From an uncultured Chthonomonadaceae bacterium (GTDB lineage Bacteria > Armatimonadota > Chthonomonadetes > Chthonomonadales > Chthonomonadaceae), in NCBI GenBank assembly GCA_963835065.1, contig CAWIEK010000054.1, positions 79,062 through 143,061 on the forward strand: a stretch of DNA of 64,000 nucleotides, read 5' to 3'. This document shows, in pieces, positions 60,911 through 64,000 of this stretch; position 1 is the stretch's first letter; each line of letters begins with the position of its first letter. A program made the translations under genes and the position numbers. The notes beneath the pieces were generated by a model that had not been told where the DNA came from, did no database searches, and was given only the letters and a program-made list of their open reading frames with translations.

Positions 60911-62983
60911 CTACCCACCCTTTCCGCCGCCTTTGCCGCCACCGCCGCCTTTGCTTGGGCCGAAGGGCGAGCCGGGGCCGAATTGTCGGCGGTTCGGGTC
61001 CTGCATCCCGGCGCGAACGATAATTTCGCCTTCCTTCACGCCGTCGCGGATTTCCGTATTCACGCCGTCGGTGCTGCCGGTTTTCACGGGGCGTACGGCA
61101 ATATCGTTTTTGCCGTCTTTTTTGGTCAGGACGTTGACGGTTGCGCCGCGCGATCCCTGTTTCACGGCTTCCGCAGGCACGAGCAGCACGTTTTCATGCT
61201 TGCCGACCTGGATGGAAACGCTGGCCGTCATGTCGGGCTTGAGCAATTTGGTCACATCCAGCCGTCGTCCGCCACTGCCGGGCGCAGCGCCCCCATCGTC
61301 GGCTCCGCCAGGCGTTTGTCCGCCTGGACCGCCTGCCTGCCCGTCAGCCCCGCCCTGCGGACTCCCGCCGGGAGCGCCGGAACCATGCGGAGTTCCAGGA
61401 GCGCCCGCAGGCGGCGTACCCATGCCATCCCCCGGCATTGCGCCCATTCCCGTTTTCTCCGGGCGTCCCGCGCCCATACCACCCCTGCCGCCTTTGCCCA
61501 TACCTTCGCGCTCGATAGACAGCGTGACATCATACGTGATAACGCCGTTTTGTATCGTGGAGCCGGACGCGATTTTGGTCACTTTGCCCTTGAACGGACG
61601 CTTGGCAAACGCATCAACCGTAATATCCGCTTCCTGCCCCAGATGGACTTTGGCAATGTCGGTTTCGTCCACGTAGGCGTCCACCTGCAAGCGGTTCAGG
61701 TCCGCCACGACAATCAGCGTTGGCGCGCTCAATCCCGCCGCCAGGGTTTCGCCCTGCTGCGACGCGAGCTGCAAAACCGTGCCGGAAATTGGGGAGCGAA
61801 TAATCGTTTTGGCAAACTGCGCGTTCTGGTAGTCCACTTGCGCCTTTGCCACCCGCACGGCGTCCTGCGCCACCTGCACGGCCTGCTCCGCCTGCTGAAT
61901 GTCCTGCTGCTTGATGGCAATCTGAGTCAGATTGGCGCGGGCGGTGACGAGGGTCGCGCTCGCCTGATTCACCTGCGCAATCGCGTTTTGCAAATCGGCT
62001 TGACGCGCATTGACCGTATATTTGCCGGTTTGCGCCAGCGTCAGCGACGATTGCGCCGATTCGACGTTTTGCAGTTCCTGCGCCACCTGGTTCTGCGCGG
62101 TTTGCAGGTCAGCGGCCACTTTCGCCTTGACCAGATCTATGTTCTGCTGCGCCGCGTCAATTTTGGATTGATCCACGCTGGCCTGCGCCTGCGCCTGATC
62201 CACAACGGATTGCGCCACAAACCCTTTGCCCATCAGCTGCTGCTGTCGCGTCAGGTTGGCGGCGGAGTTTTTGTAGGTGGCGACAGCCTGCGTCAGCCCC
62301 TCCTGCGCGGTTGCAATCTGCAAGTTTATACTGGCCTGCACCTGTTTCAAATTGGACTGCGCGGTGGAAAGCGCGGCACGGGAAACACTGAGCGCGTTTT
62401 GCGCCCGCTTCACATCCTGCGGCGTCTGTTCGCCCTGTTGCGTGGCGGCGGCGGACGCCGCGTTTTGCCGCGCCTGCGCCGCGCGCAAAGCCGCCTGCGC
62501 TTCCGCAACCGCACTGTTGTTTTGCGCCGATGTCATGCCCAATGTGGTTTTTTGCTGCGCCAATCGAGTCTGCGCCTGCTGCAAGTTGACAATGGCCTGC
62601 GCGTAGCTGGCTTTTGCCTGATTTACCTGCGCTTCCAGATCGGGCAGGTTCAGCACGGCGATAGGCTGATTAGCTTTGACATAGCTGCCTACGTCCGCAT
62701 ACAGGCGCTGAATCGTTCCGGTAATCTGCGAACCGATTTTGACCTGTGCGCCGGTCTGCGCCGTAATGCTGCCGGTTGCGGAAATCGCTTCCACAATGTC
62801 GCCCCGCGTGACCGGAGCCGTCAGCAGTTTGCTGTTCGGGTCTTCGGCGGGATGCGTTTTCGTCCAACCGAACCAGCCCAGGCCGCCGACAAGGGCAGCC
62901 GTGATTACCATAGGCAAGGCGCGGGATTTGCGCCGCGTTTTGCGTTTAAGAGCGGCGGGAGGAGCCGCTGATGCAGTGGTCAT
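60911..62983 (-). CDS. MacA/HlyD-type periplasmic adaptor with long coiled coil
   Basis: ISATG, GSQITG, IRSPISG, VDETDI, KPDMTA; Gly-rich insertion. Confidence 0.9.
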   Translation of the reverse strand: MTTASAAPPAALKRKTRRKSRALPMVITAALVGGLGWFGWTKTHPAEDPNSKLLTAPVTRGDIVEAISATGSITAQTGAQVKIGSQITGTIQRLYADVGSYVKANQPIAVLNLPDLEAQVNQAKASYAQAIVNLQQAQTRLAQQKTTLGMTSAQNNSAVAEAQAALRAAQARQNAASAAATQQGEQTPQDVKRAQNALSVSRAALSTAQSNLKQVQASINLQIATAQEGLTQAVATYKNSAANLTRQQQLMGKGFVAQSVVDQAQAQASVDQSKIDAAQQNIDLVKAKVAADLQTAQNQVAQELQNVESAQSSLTLAQTGKYTVNARQADLQNAIAQVNQASATLVTARANLTQIAIKQQDIQQAEQAVQVAQDAVRVAKAQVDYQNAQFAKTIIRSPISGTVLQLASQQGETLAAGLSAPTLIVVADLNRLQVDAYVDETDIAKVHLGQEADITVDAFAKRPFKGKVTKIASGSTIQNGVITYDVTLSIEREGMGKGGRGGMGAGRPEKTGMGAMPGDGMGTPPAGAPGTPHGSGAPGGSPQGGADGQAGGPGGQTPGGADDGGAAPGSGGRRLDVTKLLKPDMTASVSIQVGKHENVLLVPAEAVKQGSRGATVNVLTKKDGKNDIAVRPVKTGSTDGVNTEIRDGVKEGEIIVRAGMQDPNRRQFGPGSPFGPSKGGGGGKGGGKGG

Positions 62984-63262
62984 TCTATCTCCTGAACATC
63001 AAAAAGGTTTAGGTGTATAAACTATTATACTCTGTCTGCGGCGGGATTGTTGCCTAAATATGACGCGCAAAAGGGGCACAAGTTATAGAAGATGTTGCGA
63101 AGGAGACAGAATTGCAGCTTGCGCGGCGCTTTGCAGGTGGCATTTGCCACATTTAGCGATGATTAGCGCAAAGATTGGGATTGTAATAGGAGGCCCGCAA
63201 GCCGCCACGCAAGAAAACAGGCCATTCTTGTTGGTACAAGAATGGCCTGTTTAGGCATTAGG

Positions 63263-64000
63263 AGACAGGTATCACCTGATGCAAGTCAGTTTTCCTTTGA
63301 TTTAGCCGTGTCTCAGGTAATACAAGTCAGTCGTTTACGTCAGTCCGCTTGGTGTTTGCTCGGCAAGCGGTACACCGCTTCTTGCAAGAGCGGTTGTTGG
63401 TCGGGCGTACTGCGCCGCAGGGCATGAAAGCGGATCACGTCTTGATCCAAGTCTACATCACAGCGCACCAAGCGTTGGAGCCACGGCGGCGAGACCAGGA
63501 AGGTATGGCCGAACACGCTGGCTTGTCCCTGCGCATCCGTGCGCCGCACATAGATAATCTTGCCCTGCGGACGTTGCTGGCGCAACTGCTTGAGGTCCAG
63601 CAGCGCGGCTTCGGGAAAGGCGCGGCGCGACGGGGCACTTTCTTGGCGCAGCACCCTGCGTTGGCGGGCCGCGCGCAGCACCCTGCGTTGGCGGGCCGCG
63701 CGCAGCACCCTGCGTTGGCGGGCCGCGCGCAGCACCTTGTCGGACTGCGCTTGCAGCGCGAGCAGGCTTTCATGGTGGAAACGCGGCCACACCTTTTGCT
63801 GCCAACGATTGTTGTAACTTTCAAGAGCAGCCTGAAAGCCGGTTTCGCGTTGTGGAGCAAACACGGGCGTGACACGCAGGCTCAGGCACAGACGCATCAC
63901 CGTGCCAATCACTCAGGCACAGACGCATCACCGTGCCAATCACTCAGGCAAACTGATGTGGCCCTTGAAAGCGGGGGGCGTTGTCGAACTGCACGTCCTG
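63263..64000 (-). mobile_element. IS remnant (IS481-like): transposase C-terminus + right end, disrupted by tandem duplications
   Basis: QFDN, PVFAP.RETGFQAA.ESYN..WQ integrase-like core; end repeats TRCAAGTCAG. Confidence 0.75.

Noticed and set aside
30862..63262. 32-kb composite transposon between the two IS remnants
   Set aside because: Interval includes aspS and other housekeeping genes, the left copy is truncated, and no target duplication is visible

Overview
Gene-dense, GC-rich bacterial chromosome segment; gene content and style tentatively suggest an Armatimonadota-like organism (inference only). It carries three large TPR/GT2/GT4 glycosyltransferase genes next to cheY-cheX, plus prs, hisS, mqnB-mqnD, larC, a fused GAF-kinase-NarL regulator, a divergent dprA, dapB, a DUF488-DUF488-dual-OB operon, an M16 peptidase and a cyclase-TIR-AAA_35 protein. 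Further right are a GT-C/GT2/epimerase glycosylation cluster, aspS, an ethylene-receptor-like double kinase, a MacAB-type exporter and two fragments of one IS. No tRNA, rRNA or CRISPR array was found. The most striking feature is non-genic in origin: about 20 clusters of ~4-copy 7-8 bp tandem arrays. At least 14 different heptamers fit GNNRNNN, and every two-armed cluster has G-strand arm(s) first and C-strand arm(s) second. They occur between genes and in frame inside proteins, where they supply linkers, N-termini and stop codons. Also present are a family of nested ACCAC-ended palindromic elements, a 93-bp MITE with a TWA target duplication, and a three-gene cassette flanked by a duplication of a gene 3' end. 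About nine single-base frameshifts look like long-read assembly errors, so split genes are probably intact.
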